Shown here: in pieces, positions 37,716-49,369 of the stretch
How the letters are laid out: each line of letters opens with the position of its first letter
Numbering within the stretch: position 1 is the first letter of the stretch
Notes under the pieces: generated by a model
Databases searched by the model: none
What the model saw: only the letters and a program-made list of their open reading frames with translations
Told to the model about the DNA's origin: nothing
Translations under genes and position numbers: made by a program
Source of the DNA: Lama guanicoe
Taxonomy: Eukaryota
Reading direction: 5' to 3'
DNA length: 64,000 nucleotides
NCBI GenBank assembly: GCA_013239625.1
Contig: MU056029.1
Span: forward strand, 496,001 to 560,000

Positions 37716-38004
37716 CTTTCAGGAGCAATGATATCTCCATACCCCAAGGGGTTAGCTTGCTAAGTGACATGAGGTGAGCCCTCAGCTGCCAGGACAGCCC
37801 CCGCCGCTGTGACCACATGGTCCCCGAGGCCTCTGGTTCTGGCTCACAGTTCTGGGATCCTCTCCGTGGCCCATCTTGGAGAAAGCTGTGGCTAAACCCA
37901 CTGCAGCCAACTCAGGCCCATGTTTGGGATGACGAGGCTCAAGACCAATATGGATGCCTCTGGGCTCGTGTTCGGAGCTTTCTTGCTGTTCAGCATATTG
38001 AATC

Positions 38005-38146
38005 TAGGGCTGCCTGCTAGATTTAGCAACAAAAATACAGGACACTTTGTTACATTTGAATTTCAGATAAATGACAAATAATGTTTTAGTATGTCCCAAA
38101 TATTTCAAATTTAACTGGATATCTTGTATTTTATCTGGCCACCCTA
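38005..38146. mobile_element. MER53 palindromic hAT MITE (internally deleted)
   Basis: TAGGGCTGCC...AAAAATACAGGACAC...TTGAATTTCAGATAAA // TCAAATTTAACTGG...TGTATTTTATCTGGCCACCCTA. Confidence 0.8.
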
Positions 38147-38442
38147 ATTGGCTGATATTTCAATATTAGATATGACATGAAATCATAGAGCTAAATGAAA
38201 CCTTTAGTGCTTATTTACTAACTGCGTGGCTTTAGTCAAACCACATCTGAACTAATCTAAGAAGGATTAGATCTTATGTCTCTTAAAGGATGCTTTCCCT
38301 TCAAGGAAATGCTGGATTCTGTTGTCTACTCTTATGGTACCATTAATCCTTGTGTATGTCTGTGTGTGTGTGTGTGTGTGAATGCGTGTGCGTATGCACA
38401 TGTGGGTGTGTATGCCTATGCATGTGTGTGCACAAGTCTGTG

Positions 38443-39059
38443 TGATCCAGGGAAAAATGGAGCATGAGAGGATGGCTGTGTCCCAGGTCTCAGTCAAGTC
38501 CCTGGGATACAACCCAGTTAGTGAGGGTCCTTGACTTCCTGCAGGAAAGAATTAAAGAGTGAGCCAGAGCTGAGTAAAAGTAGATTTATTCAGAGAGATA
38601 TGTATTCCATAGAGTGCAGGTCATCGCAGAAGGCAAGAGAAAGGCCTAGGAGATACACATTCCGTAGGCAGAATTCAGGCCATCTTACTTAGAAGGGAGA
38701 GTGCCAGCCTCAGAGCATGAGGTTGGCTAGGAAAAATGAGGTCAGCCATGAGCTGTGTGGGGTGTTCGGTTTTATGGGCTCTGTAAGTTCATATACTAAC
38801 AAGTGGGAGGATTATTCCTACCACTTTGGGGAAGGGGCTGGGATTCCCAGGACCTGGGCCATCACTCACTTTTTGACCTTTTATGGGCAGCCTTGAAACC
38901 GTCCTGGCACCTGTGGGAGTGCCAGGTAGCAGCCGTGGTGTAACAATGAATGTAAAATAAAGCTCAAGGTTTACTGGGAGCTGAATCTTCTGCCATCTTG
39001 GTGCTAATGGCTGTGTCATTCTTTTAATGACTCTGCCCTGCCCCCTCCCCCACGTCTCA
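38443..39059 (-). mobile_element. ERV1-class solo LTR, family D, inside a TG/CATG simple repeat
   Basis: TGATCCAGGGAAAAATGG...CCCCACGTCTCA, TSD TGTG/TGCG. Simple repeat at 38350-38442 and 39060-39115. Confidence 0.9.
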
Positions 39060-40789
39060 TGCGTGTGCACACACAAGTGTGCATGTTTATGCATGTGCAT
39101 GTGCATGTCCATGTGGCTGGTGGAAAGAAAGAGCGTAAGTGTTCTGGCCCTCTGTACAACAAAGAAGCTTGCAGACCTGCATTAGGCCCTGTGTCACACT
39201 GGTCTTTTCTTCTACCGGTTGTGAGCATTGAAATTACCGGTGACTCACAGGGCCTGGCAGAATAGGACTTTTTGTAACAGTCTCAGAGAATAGAAGATGA
39301 TCTTAACAAAGACCTATTTATTCCAAACTCTAAAGCTAGATCTCTTCAAAAACTGAAAGGTAGGATGAAAAAAATGTGCCAGATGACACTTTAAAAGACA
39401 GGAGTGCCGTGTTTCTTGTACTTTAGCATATAATTTACTGAACGAAGATGTCAGTCATTACAAATGTATAGGATCACTTTTTTCTCCCAGGTGTATAAAC
39501 ATTCTAAAGTGAGAAATACAGGAAGCACTTGTGAACAATTCATGTCAGAAGTCTGTTTATAATGTATTTTTTTTTACATGTTAAAGTGTAGCTGCTAGCA
39601 CTTTGATAGTTGTTTTTTCCTATATATGGAGAAAGAAATGCATATTTTGACCTTCAAAGGAGAAAAAGGCACTTCGTGGCCTTATCCAATTTCATGGCAG
39701 ACATCTATGTAAATTATGCAACTTGCTTTTGAGAACAGCAGGGTGGTCTGCTAATATTTTCTTTCCTTTTGTTTAGTTCCGAGATGAAGACGTTGAAGCA
39801 GCTGAATGGAAATGAACTTTTCCATTATTACCTTCTTCAAGTTGTTATCCATGTAAATTGTTCGCCCCAAAGAGTAGAATGAGCGAGATAAATCATTGGC
39901 GGGTTGCCACTGACTCTCCGGCTATTTCTTTATCTTTTTGCACAGGAAGAGGGATGCATGCCCTCAGGATTTCCTTTCCCCCCCTCCTCTGGGTTAAGTT
40001 GGGTTTAAAATAAGTGAAAACCTTTCTTTTAATTCAAAGGTGATGTTTTTGCTCTGAATTTCGGCAAAGGCAATTCCTCACTCCGCCTGCACAAACTCAA
40101 GTACTGGTCTGTCCTGGAATTACCAGCTGGCCCTTCCCAGGGGCAGCCCCTCCCCGGCGCCCTGGAACCCTTTTTGCTGAGCTGGACACCGTGCCTCGAA
40201 TGCCAGCACACTCAAACAGCTAATGCTTCTTGGTGCTACCAAAATCATCCTTTTTTTCAGTATTCATAATCCTTCATTCCTTTAGCAGATAGAGGGATGC
40301 CCACACTGGAAAGCTCACCAGACATGTGGGTCCTTGCCTGCTGGTTGAGAAATAATTCTTAGCAGAGGCAGAGGGACAAGGTGAAAGGCTGCTTTATGGC
40401 TCAAGGAGAGAAGGGGAAGCCCTGGACAGGGAGCCGTCAGCCAGGTGGTCAGTCGAGAGGGCGCCACCTCCAGACTGGGCCGTGGGGCGCCTGTTGGAGG
40501 GTTCTGCCGTCACAGCTTCATTCCAGTGGTACCGAAGTCAAGCACCTTTTTCTTATTATGGGCTTTTTCCTTCCGTTGAGCTTGGTGCTAAAACAGAAAC
40601 TTTGTCAGGAAAGAGAACAAAGAAAGAAAAGTTGGGCTATGTCCCTGGAATCGAGGTACCAGCTGTGGGACATAAAACAATGTCCTGTTTCTCAGTGACC
40701 TGGTACTTTCTTCCCATCATTAATGATCAGCCAGGTCGACAAGTCGGCTTAATCACCGCTTTCAATTCTACGGATGTTTGCTCAAGACT

Positions 40790-41400
40790 AGACATCCTGC
40801 TAAATCCTGGGTGATAAGAGTGAGAGGCTAAAAAAAGACGGGCTTGGCCTCATAGAACTTGTAGTCACGCAGAAATAGGCATGAGTCCAACACTCCCAGA
40901 GACATATATTTTTCTGTGGGAGGTGAGGAAAGGTGATTTAGCTTGACAAAGGCACGGAGAACATTACAGGCTGCGTGACAGTGTATGCAAAGACCCCGCA
41001 GTAGGCGAAGACAGTACCTTGTTGGAGGGATTGGAAGAAAGCCAGTGTAGCCAGAGCAAGGAAGGAGGCAGGTGCGGGGAGGTGAGGCGGGAGCACCGGC
41101 TGGGGCCGGGCCGTGCAGGCTTCAGAGGCGTACACCTGAAGGGTTCTGCCTGGGAGTAAGGATGGGTTTACACGGTCAGTTTGCTTTTGAGAAGAACACA
41201 TGAGGCAGATTAGTCTGTACTCCTGGTTATTCTGCTCATCTTGGTCACGTACCATAAGCACAGACAGCCTGGCTCGTGTGGTTTCTCTACACTGCTGGTC
41301 CAACCCGCACGTCCGCCAGAGTGGCGTCAAGTGCAAGCACAGAGGGACCAGTTAGAAGGTTGTCTGCAGATAAGAGATGACAGTGGCTTCACCTTTGAGA
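40790..41400 (-). mobile_element. L2 LINE relic
   Basis: AAGAAAGCCAGTGTAGCCAGAGC and GGGACCAGTTAGAAGGTTGT...GAGATGACAGTGGCTT motifs. Confidence 0.55.
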
Positions 41401-41510
41401 ACCCTTCCTTTTTTGTCCCTGGTAGAACTGAGTGTCGGTTTGGTATCATTTCCTCTCAGCTCAAATAACTCCCTTTGGGGTGTGTGTGTGTGTGTGTGTG
41501 TATGTGTGTA

Positions 41511-41650
41511 GGGGAGGGGAGGGGAGAGCTCAGTGGTAGAGTGTGTACTTAGCATGCATGAAGTCCTGGGTTCAATCCCCAGTACGTCCATTAAAATAAA
41601 TACATAAATAAGTAAACCTAATTACCTCCTCTCCCAAAACAAAACCAAGC
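41511..41650 (+). mobile_element. vic-1-type SINE preceded by (TG)n
   Basis: AGCTCAGTGGTAGAGTGTGTACTTAGCATGCATGAAGTCCTGGGTTCAATCCCCAG. Degenerate TSD AAATAACTCCCTTT / AAATAGCTTCCTTT. Confidence 0.92.
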
Positions 41651-41689
41651 AAATAGCTTCCTTTAACAATTCCTGAACTAGAAGTTGGT

Positions 41690-43500
41690 TAGTAAAAACT
41701 TTGTTCCACTTTTGTTTGTTTGAAAATATACCTCTCCGTTTTAAAAATTTTATTTCTGAAGAATATTTTTGCTAGACGTAAAAATTTGGACTGGTAGTTC
41801 CCCTTCCTTCCTTCCTTCCTTCCTTCCTTTCGCTTTTAGCACTTAAAAGATATTGCATTGTCTTCTAAATCACATTGTTTCAGATGAGACCATCAGTGGT
41901 AATTTTTATTATTTTTCCTCTGCAAGTGGTATATATGTAGTTTCTATTAATTTTCAAGGTTTTTTTTCCCTTTAGCCTTGATTTTCAGAAATTTAGTTAT
42001 GATGTGGTTTTCTTTGTTTCTATTCTGCTTGGAGCTTTTTGAGCTCTTTGATCTGGTAATCGAGACTTGTAAACTGGTAAACTGTGAGCATGATTGTTTT
42101 CCATGTTTTCATGCCACAATAGCTTCTGTCCTTTCCAGACCTCAGTTACACATGTGTTAGACTTTCTGATGTCATCTTACTGCTCATCGAGGCTCTGCTC
42201 ATTTTTTTCCTATTATTATTATCATCATCATCATCATTTCCTGTGTAAGGACAACTTCTATTGACTTCTCTTCAAGATCACAAATATTTTCTTTTGCAGT
42301 GTTCAATCTTCTTTTAAGAACATGTGGTGAATTTCCATTTCAGACCTTGAATTTTTTTTCAGTTCTAAAATTTCCAATTTCAGATCTATAAATTTCCAAT
42401 TTATAGTTTCTGTTTCTTTGCTGTGATATCCCATCTGTTCACTCATTCTGCCCATCTTTTCTTCTAAATTATTGAACATATTTTGAATAGCTTTTTGAAA
42501 AATCTTTATTTGCTAAATTCAATGTCTGTCATCCTTGGGTCGATTTATATTGCCCCCCTGGCTTTGGATGTTATTTGCCTGCTTTTTTGTATGTTTAGAA
42601 TTTTTTTTTAATTGTATGCTGGATATCGTGTATATTCTGTTGTGAGTCTGAATTATGCTGATTTCCTTTAAAGAGCGCTGAGTTTTGTTCTGACAAGCAG
42701 TCAGGTTAGTGGCAGCTGAGCATCATTCACTGGGGCTTGGTTTTGAACTTCATGAAGGCAGGCCAAGAGCATCACTTGCCAGCAGGTCTAGAGAAGCAGA
42801 GCTGGAGCAGGGGTTCTCAACAAAGGGGCCGCTGCGTTCTGGAGTCAACTCTTTGATGAGAGGGGTTGTCCTGGTATACAAATCACACCCTCACAGTCGT
42901 GATAACCAAAAATAACTCTGAATATGGCTAAATGTCCCCTGGGAGCTATAATTGCCCCTCAACTGAGAATCAGTAGGCTAGGGTAACACCACACCTCTTT
43001 AGATGCTACATTTTAGGAACCTTTTGAGGATCTCAGTGGAATGCTTGGAATGATAGCAGGTCTCACTGCTCTGGGTGTTAGGACTTCAAAGTCTCCATTC
43101 AGCTCACACACCCCCAGCAGCTGTTCCCTGAGACGCCTCCTGGAGTCTCATTTCTATGCAAGAGTAGCTTAATATCTGGCCAAAAATTCAAGGGGGTCCT
43201 CAGGGAGACATAGAGAGCTTTCTCTCTGTGAAACTCCCCTTTCCCTTCTGTTTTGCTCTGCAAACTCCATTCTCTGTAGCAGCTTAGAACTCAGCTTTCT
43301 CTCTGAGCTTTATCCCTCTCCCTGACGTTTGAAAAGTGCCCTGGGCAGAAAGCTTTTAGAGCTAGAGGTTGACTTGCGGATTTCTCTTCTCTTAAAAATC
43401 CAACCCCTGTGTGGTCTGCTTTTCAGTGCCTGAAAACAGCAGCTTCATATACTTTGTCCATTTTCAGGACTCTTTACAGCGAGAGGTAATTCTGACAATC
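41690..43500 (-). mobile_element. Ancient L1M relic, interrupted by MER20
   Basis: T-rich decayed L1 motifs (GAATATTTTTGCTAGA, TTCTTTTGCAGTGTTCAATCT, GTTTCTTTGCTGTGATATCCCATCTGTTCA). Confidence 0.6.
42808..42975 (-). mobile_element. MER20-like hAT element
   Basis: CAGGGGTTCTCAAC...GATAACCAAAAAT...AAATGTCCCCTGGG...TGAGAATCA. Confidence 0.65.
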
Positions 43501-44790
43501 ACCATTCTATCTTGGCTGCCTCTTCACTCTAATGCCGTGTTTTTCAATTGATTATTAATTATTTAAGTGGAAACAGTTACTATCATGCACAGAGAGAAAA
43601 AGATGCCAGCTGGACAAAATGAAACCAACACATAACTGAAAACAATATTTCATATGTTTGAATTACTTTCAGAGGACAACTCTGATATCTAAATGTCTCT
43701 CTGTTAGATTTCATTTGACTAACTCAGGAATGCATGACACTATATTATATATTTGTTATCTGTATCATGGAATTAAGATTTCTATTCATCAAATGCTTAT
43801 CACTGTGCGAGAATAGATCATCTGATAATCCACAGTTCTTTTTCAAATGAAGAAATGGAGACGCAATGAAAGCAAATGGCTTCACAGGGACACACAGATG
43901 GTAAATTTTAGAGTTGGATCTGAAGGCAGGTTTCTTCACCTTCTATTCCTCTGCTCCTTTTACCGGGCTCACGCCTTGGACCCCTGAAGCTCTTGCTCTC
44001 CCAGCCCACAGAGGCACTTTGGATATAAAAAGGGGGGAGTTGGGGGTCTCCTTTATATTCATTTTTAGGTTGGTTCAGTGCGGTTTCTGTAACAAAGACA
44101 TCTTTTGCTCTAATAGGAAGCTGTCTGGCTCAGACAATAAGTGACATGTAATCTACTCTTGCTGCCATCACTGAGGGTTCCATGACCTGACAAGTTTTAT
44201 TGCTCTGGGTCTCAGTATTCCTCACATCTAAGATAAGGAATTGGGTTCTATCATTTCTAATGTTCCTACCAGTTCTAACAGCCAATAGAATATTGGAATA
44301 TGGCATATGTCTTCCTCTCTGAAGACGGTAATAAAAATTGAATGGAATCAGTATTGTATTTTATCCCTATGGCTGACTAAGTAAACAGCTATGCATATGA
44401 AATGATTGTTCCTTCCGTGTGTGTGTGTTTGTGTGTGTGTGTGTTCTGGGGAAAATCAGGAGGAAGAGTAAGCAGCATTATGGAATTTTTAAAGGGTAAT
44501 TTAGAATGTGTGTAAGAAAGCTGACAACAGGTGAAGTTTAATAAAATTAATATTATTGATTAATAATATTAGGACAGTAAACCATCATGACCAGCAGAGG
44601 CTGCCATATCTTCCCATTTGAAACCTACACAATTTACTAAAGTGTCTGCTTATTAAAACTATGACTTTCTATATTTTCCTTTTCTGCTTTTGAGAAAGAA
44701 ACACATTTAAAAAAGCTATAAGCCCTTATGGAAATGAACTGTGTAGTGGTAGATCAGGTTTAAAAATACACTTAAAACTCTTTCAGTCTC

Positions 44791-44805
44791 CTTTCTTTTT
44801 TCTTT

Positions 44806-44837
<32 letters not shown>

Positions 44838-44962
44838 TCGTTCTTTCTTTCTTTCTTTCTTTCTTTCTCTCTTTCTTTCTCTCTTTTTCTTTCTTCCTTT
44901 CTTCCTTTCTTCCTTTCTTCCTTTCTTAGTCTCTCTCTCTCTCTCTTTCTCTCTTTCTCCCT
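44791..44962. repeat. (TTTC)n/(TC)n polypyrimidine microsatellite
   Basis: Direct reading of the sequence. Confidence 0.95.
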
Positions 44963-46069
44963 TTGCCTTGTGCTGGGTTACCTTGCATATAAATAGTAGA
45001 ACATATTGATAATACTGGTGAATTTAAAAGTGCTATAAGTAAGGCCAGCACAAGAAGCAAAGAACGGCAACTAGAAGAGAAGGTTTGAAGATAAAATAGA
45101 ATAGAAATGTCCCCTTGGTATCTCGGTGTTTCACTTATAAGTGATTTCCCCAAGTACTTCCAGTAGTTATAACTCTGTGACTCTCACATTCAGCCCAGCA
45201 GTTAAGACAAGCTTGTCCTCTCCAATGTACAGGGATAGATTTATTGAGCTGATAATATTTGCTCACCCTACTTTTCAGCGATGATTTATTTAAACTCCCC
45301 AACTAATTTAAATTTAATAAAAAAGGAACTTGGCATGCTGCTTTATTGAGGCTAGATTCATCATCTCCAAAAACACCACAGTATTCAAGATTAGTGCAAA
45401 AGTGGCAATAACTGTTACTGGATTTAATTAAAAACAACAAATCATTTGGTCAGTGGTAGCGGATGCTTCACAGAGCCCATTAGACATGTGGCTGTTGAAG
45501 GAGCTGATATTTTCATCTCACAGCATCAGATGAGACGAGATCAGGGAGCTGATGGCTGCACAGCAAAGCGACAGCTTCCCTTTGATGTGGAGGCCGTGAA
45601 GGCTGGCCGGCAAGGGGGAGATGGAGCTGGTTTGTGCTGCCCTGCAATTGCAGCGTTAGAGAAAAAAACCCAGAAAACAAAGCTCAGGATGCCTTTAATG
45701 GACAAAAGTCAGTAACACAGGGGACTTTCTGGGGAAGCCATTTCTGCTAAATATAGAACATGCCCAGATCTCTCCGTGGTGCCTGGAGGCGTTCACTCAG
45801 CTGTCACACAGGGCAGGCAGCAGACTAGAACGTGTTGAATTTATGTGCAGTTATTCATAGCACGATGGCCATTCATCTCTCCTCGGAATTTTCACAGGGC
45901 CCAGCCGCGCAGGCATTTTTCTCATTCTGGTCCTCTCTCCTCATCAGTTCAGGGAACAGCTTAGGACCTGATTATCTGGAGAATGAGCAGGGAGAAGGCC
46001 ATGGTGAGAGAATTTGCTTATCCAGGTAAAATGGCCATAAAAAGAAATCTGGCTTCAAAATAAACAAAC

Positions 46070-46677
46070 AATCCAGCAACCCCACTCCTGGGCATATGTC
46101 CAGAGGAAACTAATTGGAAAAGATAATGCACCCCTGTGTTCACAGCAGCACTATTTACAATAGCCAGGACGTGGAAACAACCTACATGTCTATCAACAGA
46201 TGACTGGATAAAAAAGTTCTGGTATATTTATACAATGAAATACTACTAGGTCATAAAAAAGAAAGAAATGATACTATTTGCAGCAACATGAGTAAAGCTG
46301 GAGATCATCATTCTAAGTGAAGTAAGCCAGAAAGAGGAAGAAAAATACCATATGAATCACTCATATGTGGAATTTAAGAACAGAAAAACTGATATGAACT
46401 TATTCACAAAACAGAAACAGAATCACAGACATAGAAACAACATTATGGTCACCAAGGGGGAAAGGGGTTGGGAAGGGATACATTGGGAGCTTGAGATTTG
46501 CATATACTAACTACTATATATAAAACAGATACACAACAAGTTTCTTTGTAGAAACCTATAATGAAAAAGAATATGGAAAGGAACATATATATGTATATAT
46601 ATGACTGAAACACTGTGCTGTACACCAGAAATTGACACAGCATTGTAAACTGACTATACTTCAAAAAAAAAAAAAAA
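46070..46677 (+). mobile_element. L1 3' end (camelid type) with poly-A
   Basis: CCCCACTCCTGGGCAT...GAAGTAAGCCAGAAAG...GTAAACTGACTATACTTCAAAA. TSD-like AAACAAYCCAG. Confidence 0.92.
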
Positions 46678-47124
46678 CAACCCAGTGAGGGGGGGAACCC
46701 AAAACAATGAGATCTTTAGACAATTTGAATTGATAGGTGTTTCTACAAATCCTGAAGACAAAATTATATAATGCCCATTGAAGTGTCTTGGAAACCATGT
46801 TTTATAGATGTGTGTGTGTGAGTGTAAAATACATGTGCATTCTAGATATAGAAAATATATGTACAGACATGATGCATATATGCATATGCATTATTCACAA
46901 AAGTAGACTGGCTATTTTTTTGTAGATCGGATTTTACAGAGAAGTTTTGCTAAAGCAGCTCAGCACATGCAAGGCAACCCCTGCAGCAGCCTTTGGCAAA
47001 CTCCATCCAGAACATAAACTTCCAGCCAGAAGTTTAGAGGTGCATAGGTGAGGACTGTCCCTTGTGTCACCGACACCTCTCAGCGCTCACTGCATCACTT
47101 CACCTCTGCCTTCAGGCATCCTGT

Positions 47125-47809
47125 TGATACAGGAAAAATGGGGTGCATGAGGATGGCGCCATTAGCATCAAAATGGTGGAATATTCAACTCTCAACAGAC
47201 CGTAGCTAGTAGTCCTTGGGACGTGCCCCACCAAGTAAGGATCCTTAACTTCATAGAGGAAAGAATTCAAGAGTGAGCCACAGCTGAGTAAAAGCAGATT
47301 TACTCAGAGAGGTATATACTCTAGAGACAGAGTGCAGGCTGTCTCAGAAGGCGAGAGAAAGGCCACGAGGTGTGGGGGTTGGGTGTTTAGTTTAAAGCAA
47401 AAGTAGACACACTCCATAGACAGAGTGCTGGTCATCTCACTCAGAGGGGAGAGCGGCCACGAGGCGCAGAGCTGCTAGTTTTTATGGGCTGGGTAACTTC
47501 ATATTCTAACAAGTGGGAGGATTATTCCAACTACTTTGGGGAAGGGGCTGGGGTTCCCAGGAATTGGGCCACTGCCCACTTTTTAACCATGTATGATCAG
47601 CCTGGGAGCTGTCATGGCGCCTGTGGGTGTGCCATTTACCATGTTAATATTACAATGAGCATATAATGAAGCTCAAGGTCTATTATAGTCAAATCTCTCA
47701 CCACCTTGGGCCTCAAGGTCTCCTGGGAGTTGAATTCTCTGCCATCTTGGTGCTAATGGCTGTGTCATTCTTTCAGTGCTGGTGCCCTGCCCCCTCCCCT
47801 CCTTTCTCA
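47125..47809 (-). mobile_element. ERV1-class solo LTR, family D, with an internal inverted fragment
   Basis: TGATACAGGAAAAATG...CCTTTCTCA, TSD CTGT/CGGT. Confidence 0.9.
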
Positions 47810-48755
47810 CGGTGACACTCTGCTTTTCTTTGTATTTTCATCTGTTTGAAAAAAGCTTCATTATGAATGTTTTAGTATCAGCTGACTTGTAATCTCTTTG
47901 TGGGTATTTGCTTTTAGACTAAGAGATAATCGGAGGAGAAAGGCCATGTCTTTCAGGACATTTCAGGCCTCTTCCTTGAGCGAGCACAGGAGAAAGAGAG
48001 CGGCTTCTCACGAACCAGAGCGAGCGCATTCTCCCACCAGTCAGGTTGATTTCAAAGCCAGAGTCCCTTTCTAAGACACAGGCTGGAAAAGTTTGTGTCC
48101 CAAGTTTTGTTTTTGTTTTTCTTTTTCTTTTCCTTTTCTGCAGAGGAATATACTTTTGAGTGAACATCCCTGGTAAAGGCCAACAACTCAAGTGGAAAGG
48201 GTGTGTGAATTTTTCTGGCCAGACTATTTACTCTACGAAGGTGGAAACAGTCCACTTAGTATTAGGATGCAACTGTGGATGTAAATCCCAAAGGAAAATG
48301 GGAGGTTGGCTTTTGCAGGAAGCTTTTTGTTCATGCCTAGAGTTTGTAACAAAGACACAATTCCCTTTTCACTGGGGCTGGGTATTACAGGAGGTGAATT
48401 ACAGGAGGTGAATTACGGCAGATTCCCTGAGCAGGGCCGAGATTGACAGTGAGACTTCAGAGGGCAGCATTTGAAATTCATGGATGTCTAAATGCGCAGA
48501 TCACATTTGTCATCCGATATTGCTCCAACAGTATTTTTAATTTTTCTTTTGTAGCTTGTGGTTTGTAGTTTTGTTTATACCTCCTGCCAATGTAATATTA
48601 CAAGAGTAGAACATAACACGCTCAACGACTTTGAAAGGCCAAGGAGGACTGAACAGACTTGAACTCTTGACATCCATCTAATAGGAGACACACAGGGTGT
48701 GGAAAGACAAGCCTTCCTTGGGAAGGGTGGGCCTTGGACAATGGGCCAGCTTTGC

Positions 48756-49369
48756 AGAGACAGGAAGGAAGGCAGCAGGGCACAACAGTGAAAGGAATGA
48801 CACAGTAATTAACACTAAGATGGTGGGAGATTTGACTTCCAGTGGACCTTGAGCTTCAATATACACATTACAATTTATTAGCGTGGGAACTGACACTCTC
48901 ACAGGCGCCAGGACAGCTCCTGGGCTGACCATAAAAGGGCTAAAAGAGGGCGGTGACCCAGTTCCTGGGAATCCCAGCCCCTTCCCCAAAGTGGTTGGAA
49001 TAAACCTCCTACTCATGACCATATGAAATTAGCAAGGCCATAAAAACTAACAACCCCGCACCTCGTGGCCGCTCTCTCTCCCTCCTGCCTTCTGCGGTGG
49101 CCTGCATTCTCTCTACGGAGCGCGTGTCTATTTTTACTTTAACCACCCCCCGCAACACACACACACCCCTCATGGCCTCACTCAGCTTCACAGATGGCTT
49201 GCACTCTGTCTACAGAGTGCACATTTCTCCGAATGAATCTACTTTTACTCAACTGTGGCTCACTCTTGAATTCTTTCCTGCGTGAAGCCAAGGACCCTCA
49301 CTTGGCAGAGTGTGTCCCAACCAAGAGGACATGGCCAAACTCTCACGCCCCATATTTTTTCCTGTATCA
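48756..49369 (+). mobile_element. ERV1-class solo LTR, family D
   Basis: AGAGACAGGAAGGAAGGCAGCAGGGCAC start and ...TTTTCCTGTATCA end. No clear TSD. Confidence 0.9.

Noticed and set aside
48384..48416. 14-bp tandem duplication ATTACAGGAGGTGA
   Set aside because: Ordinary slippage duplication.
6116..49369. Full-length provirus between same-family LTRs
   Set aside because: Nearby same-family LTRs are inverted or carry their own TSDs, and no gag/pol/env or clear primer-binding site is visible between them.
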